From an uncultured archaeon (GTDB lineage Archaea; Asgardarchaeota; Lokiarchaeia; Sigyniarchaeales; SOKP01), in the NCBI GenBank assembly GCA_964388035.1, contig CAYLZE010000061.1:1-30579 (forward strand): 30,579 nt of DNA, given 5' to 3'. Shown here piece after piece: positions 8,898 to 18,003 of the stretch. The notes below the pieces were generated by a model. That model ran no database searches. It saw only the letters and a list, made by a program, of their open reading frames with translations, and was not told the origin of the DNA. The position numbers were made by a program, and so were the translations under genes. Every line of letters begins with the position of its first letter. Within the stretch, counting starts at the first letter, position 1.

Positions 8898-10250
8898 TTA
8901 TAGTCTTGCTATGTACCTATCCCGTTCCCATTGAGAGACATGAGTCCGATATGCATCAAATTCCTCAAGTTTCGCGTAATAAAAGTTTTTAAATGGATCC
9001 TCACCAAATACGTCCCGCATTAACTCGGATTCTTTAAAAATAGTTAATGCCTGTCGTAGACTTCCCGGAAGAGCATCGATTCCTGATTTCTCAAGATCTT
9101 TTGTTGAGAAATGATATACATTTTTATCGGTAGGTTCGGGAATTTCTATATTATCTGACATTACCCCATCGAGTCCCGCTGCTAACAGTACGGCAAATTG
9201 GAGGTATGGATTTCCTGCGGGGTCCGGACATCGAATTTCACAACGCGCTGCAGAAGGGGTGCCATGAAAATCAGGCACTCGAATCAATGGAGAGCGATTC
9301 CTAAATCCCCATGCCACATATACGGGTGCTTCAAACCCAGGAACCAGTCTCCTATACGAATTAGGCCAACTACTTAATACCGCACACATTTCTTTAGCAT
9401 GGCTCAGCTGACCCGCAATCCATTTTTTCATTGTCATCGAGATATTATCTGAATTGTTTTCATCATAAAATGCGTTTTTTCCCCCTTTCCAAAGACTCTG
9501 ATGACAGTGCATGCCAGAACCATTTATTCCGGCAAATGGTTTCGGCATGAAAGTCGCCGTCATATCATTCTGGGCTGCAACCGTTTTAACAATGGATTTC
9601 ACGGTGATAGTTTTATCAGCACTTTCCACTGCCTTATCATATCGAAAATCTACTTCATGTTGACCAAAAGCTACTTCATGATGTAACTTTTCAATTTCAA
9701 TCCCCATCGCATCGCAATATTCGGCAATGATATACCGCATTTTTTCATTAATGTCGTAAGGATCATAATCAAAATACCCTCTCAAATCTGAAGGTTTAAA
9801 TGCTTGTTCAGTATCCTTGTCCAGAATAAAGAATTCCAATTCAGGAGCGCAGTAATAGGTATATCCTTCTTTTTCCGCCTTGTCTATCATTCGTTGTAAG
9901 ATATAGCGAGGATCTCCCTCATATCGTTGGCCATCGGGTTTGTAAATATCACATATAACCCGAGCAACTTTGTTACTTTTACGCCATGGAAGGAGATAAA
10001 ACGTGCTCGGGTCCGGAACGGCGACCTTATCGCTTTCTTCAATGGCACCATATCCCGTGATCGAACTACCATCAAAATTCTCTCCCTCTTTCAGTAATTC
10101 TTCGATTCTATTGGCATTTACTTCAAAACTCTTGAGAATACCATGGATATCCGTGAATTGCAGATAAATAAACTTAATCTGCTCCTCTTTTACAGTTTCG
10201 ATTATTTTTTCGCATAATCCATTTCTTTTAGGATCGTCTAATTTAATCAT
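8898..10250 (-). CDS. glnA: Glutamine synthetase type I
   Basis: FDGSSI, HHEVAFGQHE, TFMPKPFAGINGSGMH, RLVPGFEAP, NRSPLIRVP, EIRCPDPAGNPY motifs; 450 aa. Confidence 0.97.
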   Translation of the reverse strand: MIKLDDPKRNGLCEKIIETVKEEQIKFIYLQFTDIHGILKSFEVNANRIEELLKEGENFDGSSITGYGAIEESDKVAVPDPSTFYLLPWRKSNKVARVICDIYKPDGQRYEGDPRYILQRMIDKAEKEGYTYYCAPELEFFILDKDTEQAFKPSDLRGYFDYDPYDINEKMRYIIAEYCDAMGIEIEKLHHEVAFGQHEVDFRYDKAVESADKTITVKSIVKTVAAQNDMTATFMPKPFAGINGSGMHCHQSLWKGGKNAFYDENNSDNISMTMKKWIAGQLSHAKEMCAVLSSWPNSYRRLVPGFEAPVYVAWGFRNRSPLIRVPDFHGTPSAARCEIRCPDPAGNPYLQFAVLLAAGLDGVMSDNIEIPEPTDKNVYHFSTKDLEKSGIDALPGSLRQALTIFKESELMRDVFGEDPFKNFYYAKLEEFDAYRTHVSQWERDRYIARL

Positions 10251-10544
10251 GTTGTTTTCCTTTTTCTTAAAATCAAATATGTAATTTTAATTGGTTTTAA
10301 TAAGTCACTATGTTAGAAATTTTTCATTCTTATTATCATTTAATACACTTTCCTAATAAATCTTAACTATTTGCCACATAATATAACCGAAAAATATATA
10401 AGTGATCATAATAACGACAAAATTATATACTATATGATTCTATTGGACTCATCATGTAATCTTTTATCACGAGAAATGGACAGTTGAATAGAAAAAGTAA
10501 AAAAATATATTCAAATATAACATTACTTACTATGTAGATACATT

Positions 10545-11054
10545 ATGAATGAAGAAACGGAATTAGAAGAGATCGATAACGAAATCTTAAGAGAATTGAG
10601 TCTTGACGGGCGAAAGTCTTATCGAACGTTGGCAAAAGAATTAGAAAAGTCTCCCGTTACTATTAAAAAACACGTGGAAGACCTAGAAGAAAAAGGTATT
10701 ATCAAAAATTACGGGATTGGTATTGGATATGAAAAATTGGGATACGAAATCATCGCTCTAATTGAACTAACGATAGCTAAGGGAGAAATGATTAGAATAG
10801 AAAATGAAATCGCTATCGATCCTCATGTTTTCGGGGTGTATGACCTTACTGGAACTTATGATGCAGTAATTCTAGCCAGATTCAAGCAGAGAGGCGAATT
10901 AAATGCTCTGGTCAAAAGAATCAATGGAATTGACTCCGTTGCTAGAACAAATACTCATTTAGTCTTGAACGTGATAAAAGAAGGAATTTCATTCGGGGAT
11001 CTATTAAAATATGAAAAAGAAAAGGACAAATCCTTAGAAGATAAATCAACTTAG
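10545..11054 (+). CDS. Lrp/AsnC family transcriptional regulator, divergent from glnA
   Basis: IDNEILRELSLDGRKSYRTLAKEL..SPVTIKKHVEDLEEKGII HTH; YDLTGTYD RAM motif. Confidence 0.95.
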   Translation: MNEETELEEIDNEILRELSLDGRKSYRTLAKELEKSPVTIKKHVEDLEEKGIIKNYGIGIGYEKLGYEIIALIELTIAKGEMIRIENEIAIDPHVFGVYDLTGTYDAVILARFKQRGELNALVKRINGIDSVARTNTHLVLNVIKEGISFGDLLKYEKEKDKSLEDKST

Positions 11055-11167
11055 ATCGGAATTAATGGTTTTAATATCATCTTGAAGATAGAACTAAATT
11101 TTAAATATTTAAAATGCTAAAAGGAATAAAAAAAAAATAGTATTATTTAAGCAATAAAATTATGCTT

Positions 11168-12202
11168 TTACGTTATGATGGTGGTCCATCCGAACTCATC
11201 TTCAATTTCCCCTTTTTGTATACCGGTTAGCAATTCATATAGTTTCCGCGTGATTTCTCCTGGTTCATGATCATTAAACACTCTTTTTTGATCTTGCCAG
11301 CTAATCGATCCAATAGGAGTAATGACTGCAGCGGTACCCGTGCAAAAAGCTTCCGTGCACTCCTCCGTAAAAAGCACGTCATATGGAATGTCTCTCTGTT
11401 CTGTTTTTATTCTTAGCTTTTTATCTGCGAGCTCAAAAACCGATTTTAAAGTAATCCCTTCAAGAATGGTTCCATCCCAGCTTGGCGTGCATAAGGTGTC
11501 ATTTATCATCGCACAAAAATTTGCGGCTCCCACTTCGCTGATATATTTCATATGAACAGAATCCAAATATAATATCTGTGCAAATCCTTCTTCTTTTGCT
11601 TCTTTAGCTGGCTTCATGGTTCCTGCATAATTGCTGCACGTTTTTGAAAACCCTGTTCCCCCCTTGCTCGCTCTCGTATATTTTTTGGATATTTTCAAAT
11701 CGATTGCTTCAAATCCCTTCGGGAAGTAAGGTCCCACAGGACAGCAAAAAACAATAAAGAGGTATTCTTTTGCAGGAGCGATTCCTAAAATAGGACCACT
11801 TCCAATCATTAAAGGTCGAATGTATAACGCGCCCCCGCTATCATTGGGAGGAAGATATTCTCGATTATCTTTCACGACGGCTGTTACGGCTTCCACGTAT
11901 TTTTTCTCATCATATTCCGGCATTAATAATCGTTCTGCACTATAATTCATTCGCTTTGCATTTTCTTCGGGACGAAATAATATTGGCTCTCCAGATGGAG
12001 TGCAATAAGCTTTCATTCCTTCAAAAATTCCCTGACCATAATTCAACACGCACGCCGCAGGAGAAAGTTCTATGGATCCAAAAGGAACTATCTTTCCCGC
12101 TTCCCACCTTCCATCCTTATAACGGCTAATAAACATTTTCTTGGTGGGGATGAACTCAAACCCTATGTGATACAAATCCACTTCTTTTTGTAATTCTATC
12201 AT
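11168..12202 (-). CDS. ilvE: Branched-chain amino acid aminotransferase (PLP fold IV)
   Basis: LNYGQGIFEGMKAY, LFRPEEN.KRM, LYIRP, catalytic K in GTGFSKTCSNY, EVGAAN, ILEGIT, EAFCTGTAAVITP. Confidence 0.95.
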   Translation of the reverse strand: MIELQKEVDLYHIGFEFIPTKKMFISRYKDGRWEAGKIVPFGSIELSPAACVLNYGQGIFEGMKAYCTPSGEPILFRPEENAKRMNYSAERLLMPEYDEKKYVEAVTAVVKDNREYLPPNDSGGALYIRPLMIGSGPILGIAPAKEYLFIVFCCPVGPYFPKGFEAIDLKISKKYTRASKGGTGFSKTCSNYAGTMKPAKEAKEEGFAQILYLDSVHMKYISEVGAANFCAMINDTLCTPSWDGTILEGITLKSVFELADKKLRIKTEQRDIPYDVLFTEECTEAFCTGTAAVITPIGSISWQDQKRVFNDHEPGEITRKLYELLTGIQKGEIEDEFGWTTIIT

Positions 12203-12436
12203 GGCCTAACACTTTTTCCGATTTTAAATGACCTGCAATTTTGAAAGATTAGCTCGTAACTGACCTCTTTCTAATGCAACTTGAGATTTTGATTAAGCAA
12301 GTAAGATTTGCAGAAATGTGGAAAATTAGAAACAGGCAGAAAGAGCAATCTTACTTTATAATACTAATGCTACGGCTACCCGTGCTCTAATAGCACTTGC
12401 CACTACGATAATCGCATTAGTATTGAAAGAGATCAT
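12203..12436 (-). promoter_or_regulatory. Structured 5' leader of ilvE (candidate attenuator)
   Basis: Perfect inverted repeats at 12360-12370/12414-12424 (11 bp) and 12299-12308/12347-12356 (10 bp). Segment 12265-12277 has several competing complements. Confidence 0.6.
12356..12436 (-). CDS. Putative Ile/Val/Leu-sensing leader peptide MISFNTNAIIVVASAIRARVAVALVL (26 aa)
   Basis: ATG..TAA ORF with 11/26 BCAA codons (including tandem IIVV) plus 6 Ala. Ends 153 nt upstream of ilvE and starts about 23 nt downstream of a BRE/TATA. Confidence 0.7.
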   Translation of the reverse strand: MISFNTNAIIVVASAIRARVAVALVL

Positions 12437-12458
12437 TATATGTTTTTATTTAGACAAG

Positions 12459-12473
12459 TATTAAAATTTTTCT
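12459..12473 (-). promoter_or_regulatory. Archaeal BRE-TATA promoter (AGAAAAA-TTTTAATA) for leader-ilvE transcript
   Basis: 22 nt lie between the TATA box and the leader ATG, the spacing expected for a leaderless transcript starting at or near that ATG. Confidence 0.55.
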
Positions 12474-12536
12474 AAAAGAGTCTTATCTTTCTTTTTAATG
12501 CCAATTTAAATGAAAATTCTAACTCTGTCTTCCTAT

Positions 12537-13268
12537 TCATTGCATCCTGAATTTAAATAGATAAAAAAATCTGATGGGGATGACTATAGCATAGAGTATA
12601 GTGAATACAATAAAGGTATAATTAGGATATAACATTAAGACATATACACCAAAAATTGCTCCCAAGATGAGAAAAAAAAAGCCTAGTTTTTGAAGGTTTC
12701 TATTCTCTTTTTTAAAATAGAATAATTGACCAAAGAGCATGTTAACGCTCCCAAAAAGGAGAATGTAGCTTATCATGATGACGTTGGGGGATAGTAATAA
12801 CCAGGCTAATATCTGAAATAATAAGCCTAATCCCAAACCTCGGGTGATTACAATGGAAAAATAACTTATTTTTTCAACATTATCCATTTCATCGACTTTA
12901 GTTTTATAATTAAAAAAAATGCTAAATACCAATAGATCCAACCCAAAATTGAAAAGTATGAAAACGGGAAGGAGAAAGATATTATTAAAGTTACAGGTAA
13001 TCAATTGAGATAATGAGCAGTATGCGTTCAAGACAGCAATGGTTGATGCCAAAATGATTATCATTTTGGTATTCTCTAATTCGTCTCTTTTTTTGAATTT
13101 TAAGAGAGAAAAACCGATAGTCAAAAAAAAGAAACTATATATGAATGCAGTAACAGTAAGTTCCAAGAATTCTATAGCTAAAAAACCGACGATCAGATGA
13201 GTCATTCCTAACAAAATATAAACATATATAGCAACCGAAACAAATTTATCGTTATTGGCGCTTCCCAT
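12537..13268 (-). CDS. Hypothetical integral membrane protein (about 8 TM, apparently two 4-TM halves)
   Basis: Hydrophobic throughout; a TTTAAATA box lies about 22 nt upstream of the ATG. Confidence 0.7.
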   Translation of the reverse strand: MGSANNDKFVSVAIYVYILLGMTHLIVGFLAIEFLELTVTAFIYSFFFLTIGFSLLKFKKRDELENTKMIIILASTIAVLNAYCSLSQLITCNFNNIFLLPVFILFNFGLDLLVFSIFFNYKTKVDEMDNVEKISYFSIVITRGLGLGLLFQILAWLLLSPNVIMISYILLFGSVNMLFGQLFYFKKENRNLQKLGFFFLILGAIFGVYVLMLYPNYTFIVFTILYAIVIPIRFFYLFKFRMQ

Positions 13269-13510
13269 TATCTAATGTTACAATTGCAATATATTTAAAG
13301 GTTCACTATAAAAGATGAGTTCAAATCTTTAATGAACTGGGATTCATTTAAAACTTGAAGATTTTACAAAATTGAAGGTTTGTGCTAGTTTAATTGCATT
13401 GAAAATTAATAACAAGTAAAGTAAAAAGAATAATAATTATAGATAAGAAGTTGTCAAGTGTACATTCCCGTTGATGAAAAGAAATAAATTTCCATTTTTT
13501 ATTGAAAAAA

Positions 13511-14014
13511 TTAGCTGATATTCCATACCATTGCGCATTCGCCGACCCCGCCTTTATCCACTCCTTCGAATCTAAGGTTTTTAAATCCAAATTTTTTCCT
13601 AACCTTGGACAAAATTCCCATCATTACTTGGGGAAACATGCAAGCGGGGCTTCCATAATCATGATATCGATAATATGTATTGGCAAAACACATTTTACAA
13701 CTATCTTGTTTAGCCATTATTTTTATTGGATTGCCTTGATTATCTAAAATAATTTCAACTCGAGCATAATCCGTGATAGCCCATTCCTCTTCCAAGAATC
13801 TTTTTAAACGTTCTTTAAAGTCATCAAGGGTTTCTATATCCGTATCATCAAATTCTCTCCCTATAGTGCGTCCTATTTTTGTCAAAATCTCATCTTTTTC
13901 ATTAGGAGGCAATGCTTTTTGAAGCGCATACCATAGCTTGAAAAAAGTACCATAAGAAACTTTATCAAATCGCTTGGGCAGTTCATCAACTTCTTTTTCA
14001 CTTAATGTTCCCAT
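13511..14014 (-). CDS. V4R / small-ligand-binding-like domain protein
   Basis: Helical N-terminus 'ILTKIGRTIGREF', then SCKMC...PACMFP..MMGIL...GECAMVW, a Cys pattern typical of V4R/HNOB-like folds. Confidence 0.55.
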   Translation of the reverse strand: MGTLSEKEVDELPKRFDKVSYGTFFKLWYALQKALPPNEKDEILTKIGRTIGREFDDTDIETLDDFKERLKRFLEEEWAITDYARVEIILDNQGNPIKIMAKQDSCKMCFANTYYRYHDYGSPACMFPQVMMGILSKVRKKFGFKNLRFEGVDKGGVGECAMVWNIS

Positions 14015-14118
14015 AATTAAATCACTTTCTTTTATTCAGTAATAAATGGGAACTCAAATAATTCTTATTTTCATGATTCATAAAAGAAACGATGAAATAA
14101 CATTATCTAAGCATGTAT

Positions 14119-14185
14119 TTTTGCAAATTGGATTATTAGATATAAGTATCACAATGTCTATACTTCGGGCAATTAGTATTGGAAA
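14119..14185. repeat. 67-bp intergenic repeat, copy 1
   Basis: Ungapped alignment to 14797-14863 with 55/67 identities. Confidence 0.85.
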
Positions 14186-14262
14186 AAATATGTCTTCCTC
14201 TTAATTCAATTTCTTTTGAATTTTAATTGTCTTTAAATCCAGAATTAATAAAATAAAAAAAC

Positions 14263-14601
14263 TTATAATTCTGGGGCACTCATGCCAAGAACCTTATAAG
14301 CTTCACCAAAAGCCAGAATTATTTCAGATTTATCTTTAAATCCCTCAATATTAGCTGCCATGAATAAGTTTTGCTGGGTTGCATTTAACAAGGCTTCTTT
14401 CTCTTTTCCTTTTATTATTTCACTTATACCTATCACCAAGACCATTCCATTTTCATCTGAAGAAACGCCTATTGTAAGGACTTTCGCTATAGTCTTGTCT
14501 GGGGGGTGCTGTTTTAGCCATTCAGCATATGTTTGAGCAACTTTGCTTGATTGATTGGGGGGAAACCAATTTCTGGTAAAAAGTAATGTAATTATCTTCA
14601 C
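14263..14601 (-). CDS. Hypothetical protein (small family frequent in Lokiarchaeia)
   Basis: 112-aa ORF with GTG start; 'WFPP...YAEWLKQHPPD...EIIKGKEKEAL...IEGFK..I.L...EAY..LGM' pattern recalled from Lokiarchaeal paralogues. Confidence 0.7.
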   Translation of the reverse strand: MKIITLLFTRNWFPPNQSSKVAQTYAEWLKQHPPDKTIAKVLTIGVSSDENGMVLVIGISEIIKGKEKEALLNATQQNLFMAANIEGFKDKSEIILAFGEAYKVLGMSAPEL

Positions 14602-14796
14602 CTCTCGTTGAATTATACAATTAGATTTCGTTGTAATTTAAAAAAAGATAAGTTCATATTTATGCTTTTACATTGTTGTCAAAAGTTATTTGAAAATTTG
14701 GATCACAGGTTTAAATTAAGAAAAGGATATTGAGTATAAATTATCGAAAGATTTTCATAACCTCTTTCTTCTTAATCACCAGTATAAAAGGTGTTC

Positions 14797-14863
14797 TTTT
14801 GCAAATTAAATTATTAGATATGCTTATCTTAATGTTTATATTTCGGGCAACTAATTTTGGAAA
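14797..14863. repeat. 67-bp intergenic repeat, copy 2
   Basis: Direct repeat of 14119-14185. Confidence 0.85.
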
Positions 14864-14931
14864 GATTATTTATTGATTATCACGTTCCAACTCATTGTTT
14901 TTTGTGAATAATTTGTATAAAAAAAAAATGC

Positions 14932-15004
14932 AGCTAGCGAACGTTCGATAGTTAAGTTTAAATAATAGGAAAAATTATTATTAACTAACGAACACTCGTC
15001 CGTA
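14932..15004 (+). promoter_or_regulatory. Two TetR-type operator palindromes flanking a TATA box
   Basis: AGCTAGCGAAC|GTTCGATAGTT (14932-14953), TTTAAATA (14957-14964), and a degenerate AACTAACGAAC|ACTCGTCCGTA (14983-15004) upstream of the tetR gene. Confidence 0.7.
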
Positions 15005-15023
15005 TCTTTATTCGAAATTAAAG

Positions 15024-15719
15024 TTGAAAAAAGTGAAGAATGAGGAAAAGAAAGTGAGTGAAGTTAAAGGAAAAGGAACAAAGGAACGAATTAGAGATGT
15101 TGCCATTGACTTAATTTCGGAAAAAGGTTATAATGCAGTTTCAATTAGAGAAATTGCGCGTCAAGTGGATATTGCAGAAAGCTCAATCTATAATCATTAT
15201 AAGGGAAAAGAAAACATCATGGATTCTATTATCGAATATCTAAAAGAAGAATCTAAAAATATTCTCAATGAAATTTCAATAAATACATTTGATCCCAAAA
15301 TCCTTGTAAAGGATGCGAGTAACTTTATGGTGAAAATATTGGAAGCAACAAATATTAAAAAAATCCTAAGAATTGTTTGTATTGAACTCTATCAAAATGA
15401 AAAGTGTTTAGACTTCTTTAAAAATCAATACGTGGAACCCTCTTACATGTTTTGGACTGAAATTTTCAAAAAAATGATAGAAAATGGACGTATTATGAAA
15501 AAATATGATCCCGGCATGCTTGCCAGAGAATTTTATAATTATAATCTTTTTCTCATATTCAAATTATATCTTCTTGATTACAATGAGGCAACCTATGACT
15601 CGCTGATTAAAGAATTAACTAATGATTTTTCTTCTCATGTTCAATTTTTTTTTGAAATGATAAGTATGCAAGGTAAAAAAAAGAACTCCAGGAGTTTCTT
15701 TAAAAAAACTCCAAAATAA
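15024..15719 (+). CDS. TetR/AcrR family transcriptional regulator (start may be a downstream GTG)
   Basis: TKERIRDVAIDLISEKGYNAVSIREIARQVDIAESSIYNHYKGKE HTH. Confidence 0.93.
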   Translation: MKKVKNEEKKVSEVKGKGTKERIRDVAIDLISEKGYNAVSIREIARQVDIAESSIYNHYKGKENIMDSIIEYLKEESKNILNEISINTFDPKILVKDASNFMVKILEATNIKKILRIVCIELYQNEKCLDFFKNQYVEPSYMFWTEIFKKMIENGRIMKKYDPGMLAREFYNYNLFLIFKLYLLDYNEATYDSLIKELTNDFSSHVQFFFEMISMQGKKKNSRSFFKKTPK

Positions 15720-15722
15720 AAA

Positions 15723-16676
15723 GTGAAGGAAATGAAAACGATCATTTATTATTTTACAGGAACGGGAAATTCCTTGTTTGTTGCTCGGGACGTTGCTGAA
15801 AAGCTTGATGGGAACTTGGTTTCAATCCCCTCTATCATGAAGAGCGAGAGGATAGTAGCTGATGCTGAACGGATTGGCATCATTTTTCCCGTTTATTTTG
15901 CTGATCTCGGCGGTCTTCCCCTCATAGTCGACCGCTTTTTGAATAAGTTGGAAGTTCTAGGCGCCAGATATGTTTTTGCAATTTGTATTCATGATGGAGA
16001 TCCGGGAAATACGATTGGACATTTAAAAGAGTTGCTGGAGCTTAAAGGCATCAAGCTTGCTGCAGGATATACCGTGCGGATTGGCGTACCATATCCCTTG
16101 GGATTGAAAATGAAAAAAGCAATATTTAATACAAAAATTGATCCCAATAGAGATCTTCAAAAGGATGCAGAAAAGCAACAGAAGCTACGTGATTCATGGA
16201 AAAAAAAACTCGATGCAATAAGTGAACAGGTGATTAATGAAAAGGAAGGTATATTTGAGACGATTGGAACCTTAACTAAGGTGTTAAAGGGGCTCTTTCT
16301 CCCTTTAACTAAGCGCGTGTTTCGCACCCGTTTTGAACGGCTTGCAGGATTGTCTGAGGAGAAGGATGAAGCCGTTTCGAAAATAGCATTCGCAGATCTT
16401 ATCCAACTTGCCGATAATAGCTTTACAATTACCGATAAATGCAATGGATGTAGTATTTGCGAAAAAGTTTGTCCAGTAAATAACATTCAAATGATAGATA
16501 ACAAGCCCGTGTGGCAGCATCATTGTGAAAATTGCACTGCGTGCTATGCGTGGTGCCCAAATGATGCGATTTCAGGAGAGATAGTTGCTTACAGCAAAAA
16601 ATATCACCACCCTGATGTAAACCTCTCTGAAATTTTAAAGAATAACAATCACAATATGGAGGTAATAATAAAATGA
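15723..16676 (+). CDS. EFR1-family flavodoxin-ferredoxin fusion protein (probable start ATG 15732)
   Basis: YYFTGTGNS flavodoxin loop, IGIIFPVY; C-terminal CNGCSICEKVCP and CENCTACYAWCP; YHHP. Confidence 0.9.
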   Translation: MKEMKTIIYYFTGTGNSLFVARDVAEKLDGNLVSIPSIMKSERIVADAERIGIIFPVYFADLGGLPLIVDRFLNKLEVLGARYVFAICIHDGDPGNTIGHLKELLELKGIKLAAGYTVRIGVPYPLGLKMKKAIFNTKIDPNRDLQKDAEKQQKLRDSWKKKLDAISEQVINEKEGIFETIGTLTKVLKGLFLPLTKRVFRTRFERLAGLSEEKDEAVSKIAFADLIQLADNSFTITDKCNGCSICEKVCPVNNIQMIDNKPVWQHHCENCTACYAWCPNDAISGEIVAYSKKYHHPDVNLSEILKNNNHNMEVIIK

Positions 16677-16891
16677 AAAGCCAAGAATATAAAATGACTC
16701 TTTTCGTGTCACTCTTTCTCATTTCTTCCCTCGTTTCTGGTGGTGCATCCGCTGTCTTGGGGGTAGGATTGATTTATGAGATCATGTTTGCAGTCCATAA
16801 GATAACTTCTATTATCATGGTCATACTTTTTATCTTATTAATTCGCATTCACGGAAAGATTCACGGAAATGTTCAAGGAAAGAATGAATAA
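16673..16891 (+). CDS. Small 2-TM membrane protein with His residues (DUF4405/cytochrome-b-like)
   Basis: Overlaps the stop of the upstream gene, GGAGG RBS; SG in TM1 and H..x13..H in TM2. Confidence 0.6.
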   Translation: MKSQEYKMTLFVSLFLISSLVSGGASAVLGVGLIYEIMFAVHKITSIIMVILFILLIRIHGKIHGNVQGKNE

Positions 16892-17054
16892 AAATTTCTA
16901 AATCGGTCTTTTTTTTCTTAATTTTTATTCTAGCATCAACAAAGGAAAATTCTTTTTACATCTCATGAAAATTAAAATACTTTTAAAACTAGAACTATAT
17001 ATATTATGACCGAGATTATTTATATAATTGAAAAAATTTAGGAGATGAAAAACA

Positions 17055-17825
17055 TTGTTAATAGGAGTTGAACAATTCACTGAATTGGACATCATCCGAG
17101 CCGTATTTTCTTTAGCCTTTGTTGTTATTTCTATTTTTATTGGACTCAAAATATTATTAAAATATTTTAGTTTAAGAAGGACCGAGTTAATTACCGTGGG
17201 ATTAACATGGATCTTCTTAAGCAGTCCGTGGTGGCCATTGCCAGTAACGTTCATTCTGGCTTTTGTATTTAATTCCGGGTTAGATCCCGTGATATATAGA
17301 TATTTAATGTCTGCGTTCATTCCTGTAGCTCTGATTTGCTGGATATATTCCATCAATAATATCGTTTATTTGGGCAGAAAGAAAAATCTCTTTTACCTTT
17401 ATCTTGGAATTAGTTTAGCCTACATAGTTGTTTATCATGTATTTATATTTATTAATCCCGATTTGATTAGTATTTACAATGGGGGCTTTCAATTCCAAAA
17501 TTCGTTGTTTCTCTATTTCTTTTTCATATTCACCATCATCACTGCCATTATTACGGGGGCCCTCTTTGCACTCCAGTCTTTTAAATCTATAGATGCAAAA
17601 ATCCGCTGGAAAGGGAGATTCATTTTATTAGCCGTACTAGTTTTTATTGCAGGAGCTTTAGCGGACACTTTTAGCTTTGGTAACGTGATTATACAGACTT
17701 TTGCACGATTTATTCTCATTATTGCATCCATTTTCTATTATCTTGGATTTTTCTTACCAGATTGGGTAGCTTCTTTAATAATAAAGGACAAATCTAATAC
17801 TTCTGAGAATAAAAATAATCCGTAA
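17055..17825 (+). CDS. 7TM integral membrane protein (Lokiarchaeal family)
   Basis: Seven hydrophobic segments; SSPWW, 'IRWKGRFILLA', 'YYLGFFLP'; AGGAGA RBS before TTG. Related in layout to the TM part of 615..1669. Confidence 0.8.
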   Translation: MLIGVEQFTELDIIRAVFSLAFVVISIFIGLKILLKYFSLRRTELITVGLTWIFLSSPWWPLPVTFILAFVFNSGLDPVIYRYLMSAFIPVALICWIYSINNIVYLGRKKNLFYLYLGISLAYIVVYHVFIFINPDLISIYNGGFQFQNSLFLYFFFIFTIITAIITGALFALQSFKSIDAKIRWKGRFILLAVLVFIAGALADTFSFGNVIIQTFARFILIIASIFYYLGFFLPDWVASLIIKDKSNTSENKNNP

Positions 17826-18003
17826 TTAACTTTTAAATTAACTCAAATTAATTTTTTTTTCTCTTGATCTTGATTTAAACCTCCTTAAATTATAGGAAAA
17901 GTACCTATCAGACATTTTTGAATCATGGCAAGAAAATGAGATAAATTTATTTGTAACCAGATCATATTCTTTTCAATTTTTAAAAAAATATCCTCTATTA
18001 TGC

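Noticed and set aside
10251-10544. NrpR (GGAA-N6-TTCC) or GlnR operators upstream of glnA, or a Gln-rich leader peptide
   Set aside because: No convincing match seen.
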